In this document: piece after piece, positions 25,317 to 32,000 of the stretch
Layout: every line of letters begins with the position of its first letter
Position numbering within the stretch: position 1 is the first letter of the stretch
Origin: Vibrio alginolyticus NBRC 15630 = ATCC 17749
GTDB lineage: Bacteria > Pseudomonadota > Gammaproteobacteria > Enterobacterales > Vibrionaceae
Direction: 5' to 3'
DNA: 32,000 bases
Assembly: GCF_000354175.2 (NCBI RefSeq)
Contig: NC_022349.1
Coordinates: forward strand, 2,130,001-2,162,000
Position numbers and translations under genes: made by a program
The notes under the pieces: generated by a model
Database searches by the model: none
Told to the model about the DNA's origin: nothing
The model's input: only the letters and a program-made list of their open reading frames with translations

Positions 25317-26450
25317 ATGCTGCTGTTATCCATTTATATCTCTATTGCAATCGGCATTTCGTTTATCTGTTCGGTGCTGGAGGCGGTACTGCTGAGTATC
25401 AGTCCGAGCTACATTGCGCAGCTCAATCAACAGGGGCATCCCGCAGCTGGGCAATTGGCTAAGCTGAAATCAGATATCGACCGACCACTGGCATCTATTC
25501 TGACTTTAAACACCATCGCTCACACGATCGGCGCGGCCACTGCTGGTGCACAAGCTGCGGTTGTATTTGGTAGCGAAGCATTAGGTATCTTTTCGGCAGT
25601 GCTGACATTGGCGATCTTAGTGCTTTCAGAAATCGTACCGAAGACGATTGGCGCGACCTACTGGCGCCAGTTGGCACCCACTGCCGCGGTCGCATTGCGT
25701 TGGATGGTATGGGCGCTTACACCCTTTGTTTGGTTCTCAGAGCAAATCACCAAGCGTCTTGCTCGTAACCACGAAGCTCCAAAGATGCGTGATGAGCTGT
25801 CTGCAATGGCGATTCTGGCACGTGAAAGCGGTGAATTTGCCGAGGGTGAATCAAAAATCTTAAGCAACTTGCTTGGCATCCAAGATGTACCCGTAACGCA
25901 GGTTATGACGCCACGACCAGTAGTATTCCGTGTCGATGCCACAATGACCATCAATGAGTTCCTAGAAAAACACAAAGATACGCCTTTCTCACGCCCACTG
26001 GTTTACAGCGAACAGAAAGATAACATCATTGGTTTTGTGCATCGCCTTGAGTTGTTCAAACTACAACAATCAGGTTGTGGACAGAAACAGTTGGGAGCAA
26101 TCATGCGCCCAATTCAAGTGGTGCTAAACAATACCACTTTACCTAAAGTATTCGACCAGATGATGACTCATCGCTTACAGCTGGCACTTGTTGTTGATGA
26201 ATACGGTACCGTGCTAGGTTTGGTAACGTTGGAAGATATTTTTGAACACCTCGTAGGCGAGGAGATCATCGACGAAGCAGATAAAAGCACTGACATGCAG
26301 GAGCTGGCTTACCAACGCTGGGAAAGCTGGAAAGAAATGCACGGCGTAATCGAAAGCCGCGATGACGATGAAGAAGATAATGAGCCGGAGAAGCAGGATA
26401 AAGAGCCAGAAGCTCAAGAGCCACCGAAATCCGACTCGAAAGAATCGTAA
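25317..26450 (+). CDS. CNNM/DUF21 transmembrane domain plus CBS-pair protein (CorC/HlyC-type transporter family, lacking the usual C-terminal CorC_HlyC domain)
   Basis: 377 aa. It has an N-terminal four-helix hydrophobic domain, then a CBS-pair-like region (VMTPRP.VF...LVVDEYG...G.VTLEDI.E..VGEI.DE), and ends in an acidic low-complexity tail (DDDEEDNEPEKQDKEPEAQEPPK). Confidence 0.85.
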   Translation: MLLLSIYISIAIGISFICSVLEAVLLSISPSYIAQLNQQGHPAAGQLAKLKSDIDRPLASILTLNTIAHTIGAATAGAQAAVVFGSEALGIFSAVLTLAILVLSEIVPKTIGATYWRQLAPTAAVALRWMVWALTPFVWFSEQITKRLARNHEAPKMRDELSAMAILARESGEFAEGESKILSNLLGIQDVPVTQVMTPRPVVFRVDATMTINEFLEKHKDTPFSRPLVYSEQKDNIIGFVHRLELFKLQQSGCGQKQLGAIMRPIQVVLNNTTLPKVFDQMMTHRLQLALVVDEYGTVLGLVTLEDIFEHLVGEEIIDEADKSTDMQELAYQRWESWKEMHGVIESRDDDEEDNEPEKQDKEPEAQEPPKSDSKES

Positions 26451-26484
26451 TCAGCATTAGGTATAACAGCTTAAACGCACAAAC

Positions 26485-26514
26485 AAAAAAGGCATCCAGT
26501 TAGGATGCCTTTTT
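26485..26514. terminator. Bidirectional terminator between the convergent CNNM gene and yjaG
   Basis: AAAAAAGGCATCC-agtta-GGATGCCTTTTT. Confidence 0.85.
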
Positions 26515-26529
26515 CTATTTATTCAACGA

Positions 26530-27123
26530 TTAAAGTGCAATACCGATGTTGCTCACACCTTCTTCACGTAGCTCTTCACGCAAATCTTTAATCAAGCTGA
26601 TGTCACGTTCTACCGCTTCACGCAGCGGACGGAAGATAGCCCACTGGACGTCCCACTCTTCACATACGGCTTCGTTTTCTTTCTGGTTGTCGTTAGTGAT
26701 TGGCTCTGCGCCTTGTGCTTGCTCTAGATCAGCAACGGTTTGTACCGACTGTTGACTCACTTTAAGCATTGAATCGAAAAGGTAGTCGCGGTCCAATAGA
26801 CCATGCAGTAACGTAGACAAACCCTGACACGCGTCCATCGCTGGGTAAACGCCGTAAAAATCGAACTCATCCGCACTTGGGAACAACTCTTCTAACTTCT
26901 CCAATTGACGTTCGAAGTTAATTTTCGCGTTCTTAACTGTCAAAATTTCCCATACACTATCAAGAATCGCTCGGTAAGCACGCGGGTCAGCAAATTCTGT
27001 ATTCTCACAAAACATCGCATAGTTTGGATACATGCGTTCACACAGACACGCCATAAAGGTAATTTGTTGCCAAGGTTCTAGTTTTTCTAAACGAACCTGA
27101 AGAGGATTCTTAAGCATAGTCAC
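26530..27123 (-). CDS. yjaG: DUF416 protein YjaG
   Basis: 197 aa. Collinear with E. coli YjaG (L.NP..RLE.LE.WQ..TFMACLCERMYPNYAMFC...). Confidence 0.9.
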   Translation of the reverse strand: MTMLKNPLQVRLEKLEPWQQITFMACLCERMYPNYAMFCENTEFADPRAYRAILDSVWEILTVKNAKINFERQLEKLEELFPSADEFDFYGVYPAMDACQGLSTLLHGLLDRDYLFDSMLKVSQQSVQTVADLEQAQGAEPITNDNQKENEAVCEEWDVQWAIFRPLREAVERDISLIKDLREELREEGVSNIGIAL

Positions 27124-27183
27124 TCAATCATTGAAGAAAAAAACAGCGAAAGTGTACTTGATTCATCACAGGGAAAAAAGTTA

Positions 27184-28107
27184 ATGCCGCATTCAAATCA
27201 GATTTTCCTGCTCTCAGAGCATCGCAACACCTACAAAACGTTACTGGCAGAGAAAAATCTGCCCGATCTTTGTCTCACCGACCAACCAGAAGCCGCTCAG
27301 ATCGTACTAGCGGATCCACCCTTACTATCACAAAGCTTAGACGAGTTTTCACAGCTTGAATGGGTACAATCCACGTTTGCTGGTGTCAACGCCTTAACAT
27401 CCCCTAGCCTTCGTCAGGACTATACTCTAACTAACGTTCGAGGCATCTTTGGTCCACTGATTGCTGAATATGTTTTGGGTTACAGTATTGCCCATTACCG
27501 CCACTTTGCCCGATACCACCAGCAGCAACAAAACAAACAATGGCAGCCTCACCTGTACACGTCATTAAAAAGTAAAACCATGGTAATTCTTGGTACCGGT
27601 AGCATTGGGGGCTATCTGGGCAACGCCGCTAAAGCAATGGGGATAAAAACTATCGGTATTAACCGCACAGGTATCCCTACTCCAGGCGGCGAGTTTCATC
27701 AGACCTTTCATATCAATGAACTAAGTAAGGCATTTGAGCAAGCCGACATCGTTGTGAATACTCTACCAAGTACACCTGAGACGCGACAGTTACTTAATCG
27801 TCAAACGCTCAGCCAACTAAATCAGGCGTTATTGTTTAACGTAGGTCGTGGCGACGTACTGGATGAGGCAGGGTTGCTCTTCGCTCTGAAAAACCGTTGG
27901 GTAGAACACGCCTTCTTAGATGTGTTTGAGCAAGAACCGTTGTCGGTAGAGCATCCATTTTGGAAACTACCGCAAGTCACCATCACTCCACACATTGCTG
28001 CGCTGAGTTTTCCCGAGCAAGTCATCGAGATTTTTGCTGACAACTATCTACGCTGGCGCGATGGGTTTTCATTAAATTATCAAGTGGATTTCGAAAAGGG
28101 TTACTAA
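27184..28107 (+). CDS. D-isomer-specific 2-hydroxyacid dehydrogenase family protein (NAD(P)-binding)
   Basis: 307 aa. It carries the Rossmann motif GTGSIGG and the NVGRG, DVF.QEPL and TPHIAA motifs typical of the family. Confidence 0.88.
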   Translation: MPHSNQIFLLSEHRNTYKTLLAEKNLPDLCLTDQPEAAQIVLADPPLLSQSLDEFSQLEWVQSTFAGVNALTSPSLRQDYTLTNVRGIFGPLIAEYVLGYSIAHYRHFARYHQQQQNKQWQPHLYTSLKSKTMVILGTGSIGGYLGNAAKAMGIKTIGINRTGIPTPGGEFHQTFHINELSKAFEQADIVVNTLPSTPETRQLLNRQTLSQLNQALLFNVGRGDVLDEAGLLFALKNRWVEHAFLDVFEQEPLSVEHPFWKLPQVTITPHIAALSFPEQVIEIFADNYLRWRDGFSLNYQVDFEKGY

Positions 28108-28109
28108 GA

Positions 28110-28682
28110 ATGTCGTTAGACGAGCTATTGCAGCAAGTGAGGGCCTGCCAGATCTGCGCGGATAACTTACCTTTGGGTGCAAACCCTGTCGTGCAAGCAG
28201 CAAAAGGGGCACGCATCCTAATCATCGGTCAGGCCCCTGGCACACGTGTACACAAAACCTCGATACCTTGGAATGACCCAAGTGGTGATCGATTACGCCA
28301 ATGGCTCGATATCGACAAAGACGTTTTCTACGACCCAAATAAAATTGCCATTGTCCCAATGGGATTCTGTTATCCAGGCAAAGGGAACTCTGGTGATTTA
28401 CCGCCTCGTAAAGAATGTGCGCCCACTTGGCATAAAAAGATTCTTGAGCAACTGCCCAATATAGAGCTCACTCTACTAATTGGTCAGTACTCGCAGCAGT
28501 ACTATCTCACCAACAAACCAAAGACGCTCACACAAACCGTTCAGCAATGGCAAGATTGGGAACCAGACTTTATCCCTCTCCCTCACCCATCTCCACGCAA
28601 TACATTGTGGTTAAAGAAGAACCCTTGGTTTGAATCTGACGTCGTGCCATACCTTAAAAAACGCGTTCACTCGATGCTTTAG
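28110..28682 (+). CDS. Uracil-DNA glycosylase superfamily protein
   Basis: 190 aa. The motif-1-like sequence is ILIIGQAPG and the motif-2-like sequence is LPHPSPRN. The start lies 2 nt after the upstream stop, so the two genes form an operon. The UDG family number cannot be set without a profile search. Confidence 0.8.
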   Translation: MSLDELLQQVRACQICADNLPLGANPVVQAAKGARILIIGQAPGTRVHKTSIPWNDPSGDRLRQWLDIDKDVFYDPNKIAIVPMGFCYPGKGNSGDLPPRKECAPTWHKKILEQLPNIELTLLIGQYSQQYYLTNKPKTLTQTVQQWQDWEPDFIPLPHPSPRNTLWLKKNPWFESDVVPYLKKRVHSML

Positions 28683-28687
28683 GTTAC

Positions 28688-28810
28688 CCATGATCTAATT
28701 GCTTGTTTATCTGTACAAGAAAATTAGAACATAAAAGCAGAAATCATAAGTATTTGTTTATATTAAACTTTAATATCTAGTGTACAGCTAGAGTAGTAAT
28801 TAGATCATGG
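28688..28810. repeat. 123-bp A/T-rich unit bounded by inverted repeats (MITE/REP-like)
   Basis: CCATGATCTAATT (28688..28700) and AATTAGATCATGG (28798..28810) are perfect reverse complements. Each is followed inward by 10 divergent nt and then CTGTACA/TGTACAG. Confidence 0.7.
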
Positions 28811-28873
28811 TAGGCAAAATACTACTAGAGCTGTACAGCCTTGAGTCTCAGATAGGAAAAATGAATTTTAGGC

Positions 28874-28899
28874 AAAAAAATACCGGCACTGAATGCCGG
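28874..28899 (-). terminator. Rho-independent terminator of hemE
   Basis: Minus strand reads CCGGCA-ttcag-TGCCGG followed by TATTTTTTTG. It starts about 23 nt after the hemE stop. Confidence 0.7.
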
Positions 28900-28922
28900 C
28901 ATTTGATTTCAAAAGATCTAAC

Positions 28923-29990
28923 TTACTTGTGGTATGGCTTAGATAGCTCGTGTACCGCTTCCACAAATACGCCCGCGTTTTCTGGCGGCACATCCAAATG
29001 GATACCGTGACCTAGGTTGAACACATGACCAGTACCTGCATCACCAAAACCTTCTAGAATACCCGCGACTTCTTCACGGATACGCTCTGGTGAAGCGTAA
29101 AGCATTGATGGGTCCATGTTACCTTGCAGAGCCACTTTATCACCGATACGTGCTTTCGCGTCTGCAATGTTGATTGTCCAGTCTAGACCAACCGCATCAC
29201 AGCCCGTTGCTGCGATTTGCTCAAGCCACATGCCGCCATTCTTAGTAAACAGTGTGACTGGCACGCGACGACCGTCGTTTTCACGAATCAGACCATCTAC
29301 AATCTTGTGCATGTATTGCAGTGAGAACAGATTGTAATCACGAGGCGTTAGTACGCCACCCCATGTGTCAAATACCATTACCGATTGCGCACCCGCTTTA
29401 ATTTGCGCGTTTAAGTACTCGATAACGCTGTCTGCCAGCTTATCTAGAAGTAGGTGCAGAGTTTGTGGTTCCGCGTACATCATCTTCTTGATCTTGGTAA
29501 ACGCTTTAGAGCTACCACCTTCGATCATATACGTCGCAAGAGTCCAAGGACTACCAGAAAAACCAATCAGCGGCACTTCACCCTTCAGGTCTTTACGGAT
29601 CTGGCGTACTGCGTTCATTACGTATTGCAGTTCACCTTCAGGATCTGGCAAACCAATTTTTTCCACGTCGGCTTTGCATGTAATTGGGTTATCAAAAACA
29701 GGTCCTTCACCCGCAGCAAAACGTAAACCAAGCCCCATTGCATCTGGAATCGTTAAGATGTCCGAGAATAAGATCGCGGCATCAAGAGGAAAACGGCGTA
29801 ATGGTTGAAGTGTCACTTCGGATGCTAATTCTGCATTTCGACACAAAGACATGAAATCACCCGCTTCTGCACGAGTCGCTTTGTATTCTGGTAGGTAACG
29901 ACCTGCCTGGCGCATCATCCATACTGGCGTGTAATCTACCGGCTCTTTTAAAAGCGCACGCAGATAACGATCATTTTTTAATTCAGTCAT
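28923..29990 (-). CDS. hemE: Uroporphyrinogen decarboxylase
   Basis: 355 aa, with full-length HemE similarity ([33 protein letters not shown]...). Confidence 0.97.
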   Translation of the reverse strand: MTELKNDRYLRALLKEPVDYTPVWMMRQAGRYLPEYKATRAEAGDFMSLCRNAELASEVTLQPLRRFPLDAAILFSDILTIPDAMGLGLRFAAGEGPVFDNPITCKADVEKIGLPDPEGELQYVMNAVRQIRKDLKGEVPLIGFSGSPWTLATYMIEGGSSKAFTKIKKMMYAEPQTLHLLLDKLADSVIEYLNAQIKAGAQSVMVFDTWGGVLTPRDYNLFSLQYMHKIVDGLIRENDGRRVPVTLFTKNGGMWLEQIAATGCDAVGLDWTINIADAKARIGDKVALQGNMDPSMLYASPERIREEVAGILEGFGDAGTGHVFNLGHGIHLDVPPENAGVFVEAVHELSKPYHK

Positions 29991-30029
29991 TCCGTAATTC
30001 CAACTGTTAGGCTTTCTGTGAAAGGGGGT

Positions 30030-30035
30030 ATTCTA
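30030..30035 (-). promoter_or_regulatory. Candidate extended -10 promoter element for hemE
   Basis: Minus strand reads TGaTAGAAT about 40 nt upstream of the hemE ATG. No good -35 element is present. Confidence 0.3.
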
Positions 30036-30144
30036 TCACTGATTTAAGTCCAATAGCTGTGTGCTTTGCAACCTGGATCAAGTTATTAACTTTTAAATCA
30101 ATGCTTAATTTGCACCCAATCGATATCAGTGTTAAAAATTTGTT

Positions 30145-30239
30145 CGCTAGCGAAAACTACAATTATAAACTGAGTACTTAGTACTCAGCATCTCATAACG
30201 ACATCTTACTTACCCCCTCCCTCTCGGAGGGTTTTTTTT
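30145..30239 (+). ncRNA. Candidate small RNA (about 95 nt) between hemE and nudC
   Basis: A plus-strand promoter-like sequence TTGCAC (30110..30115)-17 nt-TGtTAAAAA (-10 at 30133..30138) is followed by three hairpins: TTCGCTAGCGAA (30143..30154), CTGAGTACT-t-AGTACTCAG (30170..30188), and CCCTCC-ctctc-GGAGGG with T8 (30215..30239). No plus-strand gene is available to use this terminator. Confidence 0.3.
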
Positions 30240-31035
30240 ATCTATTTATCAGATAATTAGAGTCTATATCTTTCAGCGTTTGTTCGATAAGTGCTCTTGC
30301 AATCGTTCCTTTAGGCGCAACAGGCGGCATCTCGTCGATACCAAACCATTGTGCATCAGACAGCTCAGTGTAGTCTGGGCTTAACTCTCCGGATTCATAA
30401 TCAGCTAAAAACCCCATCATCATACTGGATGGGAAAGCCCAAGGCTGGCTGCCAAAGTAACGAATATTTTTAACGAGAATTCCCGTTTCTTCATGAATTT
30501 CTCGAGCCACGCACTCTTCTAATGTCTCACCGACTTCTAGAAAACCCGCAATAACCGTATACATACCATTTCGATGCCTTGGATGTTGGGCTAATAAGAT
30601 CTGATTTTCTTTACGTACAGCAACGATAATACACGGAAATATTCTAGGATAATGAAGGGTGCGACATTCACCACACTGCATGGCTAACTGGTTATTATTA
30701 AGAAAGTTTCTTCCTCCGCACTGTGGACAAAAGCGCAAACTTTGCGTCATGTGCCCATATTGCACAGCTTTACTTAACAACATAAATAATGGCTCAGGAA
30801 AATGCAGGCAGTCACGCAGGGATACTAAAGGTAGATCATGCTCTAAATCGGCCAAGTTAAGCCACATGACGGGCGAACCAGAATACTCACCAATGGGTCT
30901 TGCACTCGTTACTGGCAGTGATAACTGCTCTGCAGACCCGAAGGGCACAGCACCATCCACCAGCCAAATTTCACTTCCTGCAACAACACACCAGTATGCA
31001 TTTATCGCGCGGTTAACATCACCTTTTCTTAACAT
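30238..31035 (-). CDS. nudC: NADH pyrophosphatase (Nudix hydrolase)
   Basis: 265 aa. It has a zinc ribbon CPQCGG...CGEC and the Nudix box [23 protein letters not shown]. Its position between rsd and hemE matches E. coli. Confidence 0.93.
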   Translation of the reverse strand: MLRKGDVNRAINAYWCVVAGSEIWLVDGAVPFGSAEQLSLPVTSARPIGEYSGSPVMWLNLADLEHDLPLVSLRDCLHFPEPLFMLLSKAVQYGHMTQSLRFCPQCGGRNFLNNNQLAMQCGECRTLHYPRIFPCIIVAVRKENQILLAQHPRHRNGMYTVIAGFLEVGETLEECVAREIHEETGILVKNIRYFGSQPWAFPSSMMMGFLADYESGELSPDYTELSDAQWFGIDEMPPVAPKGTIARALIEQTLKDIDSNYLINR

Positions 31036-31212
31036 TACACCATCCCTTTGCTTGAAGTTCGTTCATTTTACTGGCAATCTAATTTCATACTAGAGTTTAT
31101 CGTTAAGTAAATGTGCACTCTAAATTCTAGTAAGGACAAGAGTTTGTAATAACTTTACTAACTTTGCTTTGCAAAGGATACGTTCGCCGATGGGCGATCA
31201 GATCATGAGGGC

Positions 31213-31704
31213 ATGGTCATGCTAAGAAAATTCAAACAAACACAAGACCAGTGGGGTGGCTCAAGTGATGTCATTGATCACTGGTTAGAGACACGACAAT
31301 CCCTGATTGTTGAATATTGTAAGCTTGCAGCGCTGCAACCTTGTTCGAAAACCAATGTTATTGAACTCCCATCTCCTTCCGAACTGCAGGATTTCTGTCA
31401 GCACCTCGTTGATTACATCTCCGAAGGCCACTTTAAAATTTATGACATGGTTATGGACCGTTGGAAAGCAACCGGCTTTGTCGTGACTAATGAGATCAAT
31501 CAAACCTATGGTCAAATTGTTCTAACGACTGAACCATTATTGAACTTTAACGATAAGTACTCAGAAGTGACTGAAGATGATGAATTAAATGATTTCGATT
31601 CTGATATGTGTCTCATTGGGGAAATTCTTGAGACTCGCTTTGAAGTCGAGGACTATCTGATACAGCAAATCGCAGAAAGCCTGTCTATGCCACCTGGGGC
31701 TTAG
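31213..31704 (+). CDS. rsd: Regulator of sigma D (anti-sigma70 factor Rsd)
   Basis: 163 aa. It is similar to E. coli Rsd (..V..WL..R..L.V.Y..L; LVDYISEGHFKIYD versus LVDYLSAGHFSIYE). The real start may be ATG 31219, since GAGGG lies 7 nt upstream of it. Confidence 0.88.
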   Translation: MVMLRKFKQTQDQWGGSSDVIDHWLETRQSLIVEYCKLAALQPCSKTNVIELPSPSELQDFCQHLVDYISEGHFKIYDMVMDRWKATGFVVTNEINQTYGQIVLTTEPLLNFNDKYSEVTEDDELNDFDSDMCLIGEILETRFEVEDYLIQQIAESLSMPPGA

Positions 31705-31736
31705 TATTTGCAAACATTTAGAAATAGAGTGAGAGA

Positions 31737-31768
31737 AAAGACTGACGATCATCGTCGGTCTTTTTTGT
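31737..31768 (+). terminator. Rho-independent terminator of rsd
   Basis: AAGACTGACGAT-c-ATCGTCGGTCTT followed by TTTTGTTT. Confidence 0.8.
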
Positions 31769-31819
31769 TTCTAGCTTTATCGAAAATCCCACCGGAAGAA
31801 CAAAGCAGTATAAAAAACT

Positions 31820-31845
31820 AAAAAGGCACCCGAAGGTGCCTTTTT
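31820..31845. terminator. Bidirectional terminator, ending rpoC on the minus strand
   Basis: AAAAAGGCACC-cgaa-GGTGCCTTTTT, located 33 nt downstream of the rpoC stop. Confidence 0.85.
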
Positions 31846-31877
31846 CTTAAGCCTTTAACGATTACTCGTTATATGAC

Positions 31878-32000
31878 TTACTCTTCAGAAGAGAAACCAG
31901 CGTTTAGAAGTGCCGCTAGGTTATCCGTTGCTTGCTCAGCAGAAGGACCATCTTGCGCTTCAGAACGTTTAGCTTGACGCTCTTGGTGGTATGCGAAACC
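31878..32000 (-). CDS. rpoC: RNA polymerase beta-prime subunit, C-terminal 40 codons (partial)
   Basis: The minus-strand translation is GFAYHQERQAKRSEAQDGPSAEQATDNLAALLNAGFSSEE*. This matches the E. coli RpoC tail pattern (GYAYHQDR...LAELLNAG...). Confidence 0.85.
   Translation of the reverse strand, partial: GFAYHQERQAKRSEAQDGPSAEQATDNLAALLNAGFSSEE

Noticed and set aside
28807-29010. A 67-aa plus-strand ORF spanning the hemE terminator and the hemE 3' end.
   Set aside because: It overlaps the repeat and hairpin region and the hemE coding sequence in antisense, and has no SD. It is spurious.
30101-30181. A 26-codon plus-strand ORF (MLNLHPIDISVKNLFASENYNYKLST) overlapping the candidate sRNA promoter and body.
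   Set aside because: It has no SD, and it starts upstream of the predicted transcription start. A non-coding reading fits the hairpin and terminator architecture better.

Overview
This window looks like core chromosome from a Vibrio-like gammaproteobacterium; the taxon is inferred from gene content and synteny, not from a search. From left to right it contains the following.

- **1-1674, minus strand:** the start of a membrane-protein gene, overlapped by 4 bp by a soluble two-cassette ABC-F ATPase gene.
- **~1800-2540:** about 0.8 kb with no convincing ORF.
- **2541-13785, minus strand:** two complete rRNA operons in direct tandem. The promoter-proximal operon is 16S, a tRNA-free spacer, 23S and 5S. 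The distal operon follows immediately: 16S, tRNA-Glu/Lys/Ala/Val, 23S, 5S and tRNA-Asp.
- **14215-20065, minus strand:** the lysine-dependent acid-resistance locus cadC-cadB-cadA.
- **20229-32000:** zntR, purH-purD, a YjaH-like lipoprotein, hupA, a CNNM/CBS membrane protein, yjaG, a D-2-hydroxyacid dehydrogenase with a UDG-superfamily gene, hemE, nudC, rsd, and the 3' end of rpoC.

Gene order from rsd to purH and rrn mirrors the E. coli 90-min region.

I found no transposase, integrase, CRISPR array, toxin-antitoxin pair or recognisable defence system. This is mostly ordinary housekeeping DNA, so every item worth a second look is small and non-coding:

1. A double terminator plus a 40-codon upstream ORF abutting the ABC-F gene, which has no Shine-Dalgarno sequence (SD). 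This could be an attenuator.
2. An orphan plus-strand promoter, hairpins and a U8 terminator between hemE and nudC, which could be an sRNA.
3. An (ATAGAG)x10 microsatellite between cadC and the cadBA control region.
4. A ~125-bp imperfect palindrome inserted between purH and purD.
5. A 123-bp unit bounded by inverted repeats, with nested hairpins, between the UDG gene and hemE.
6. A 45-nt patch of fully compensated substitutions distinguishing the two otherwise near-identical 23S copies.

All functional readings of these are inference.
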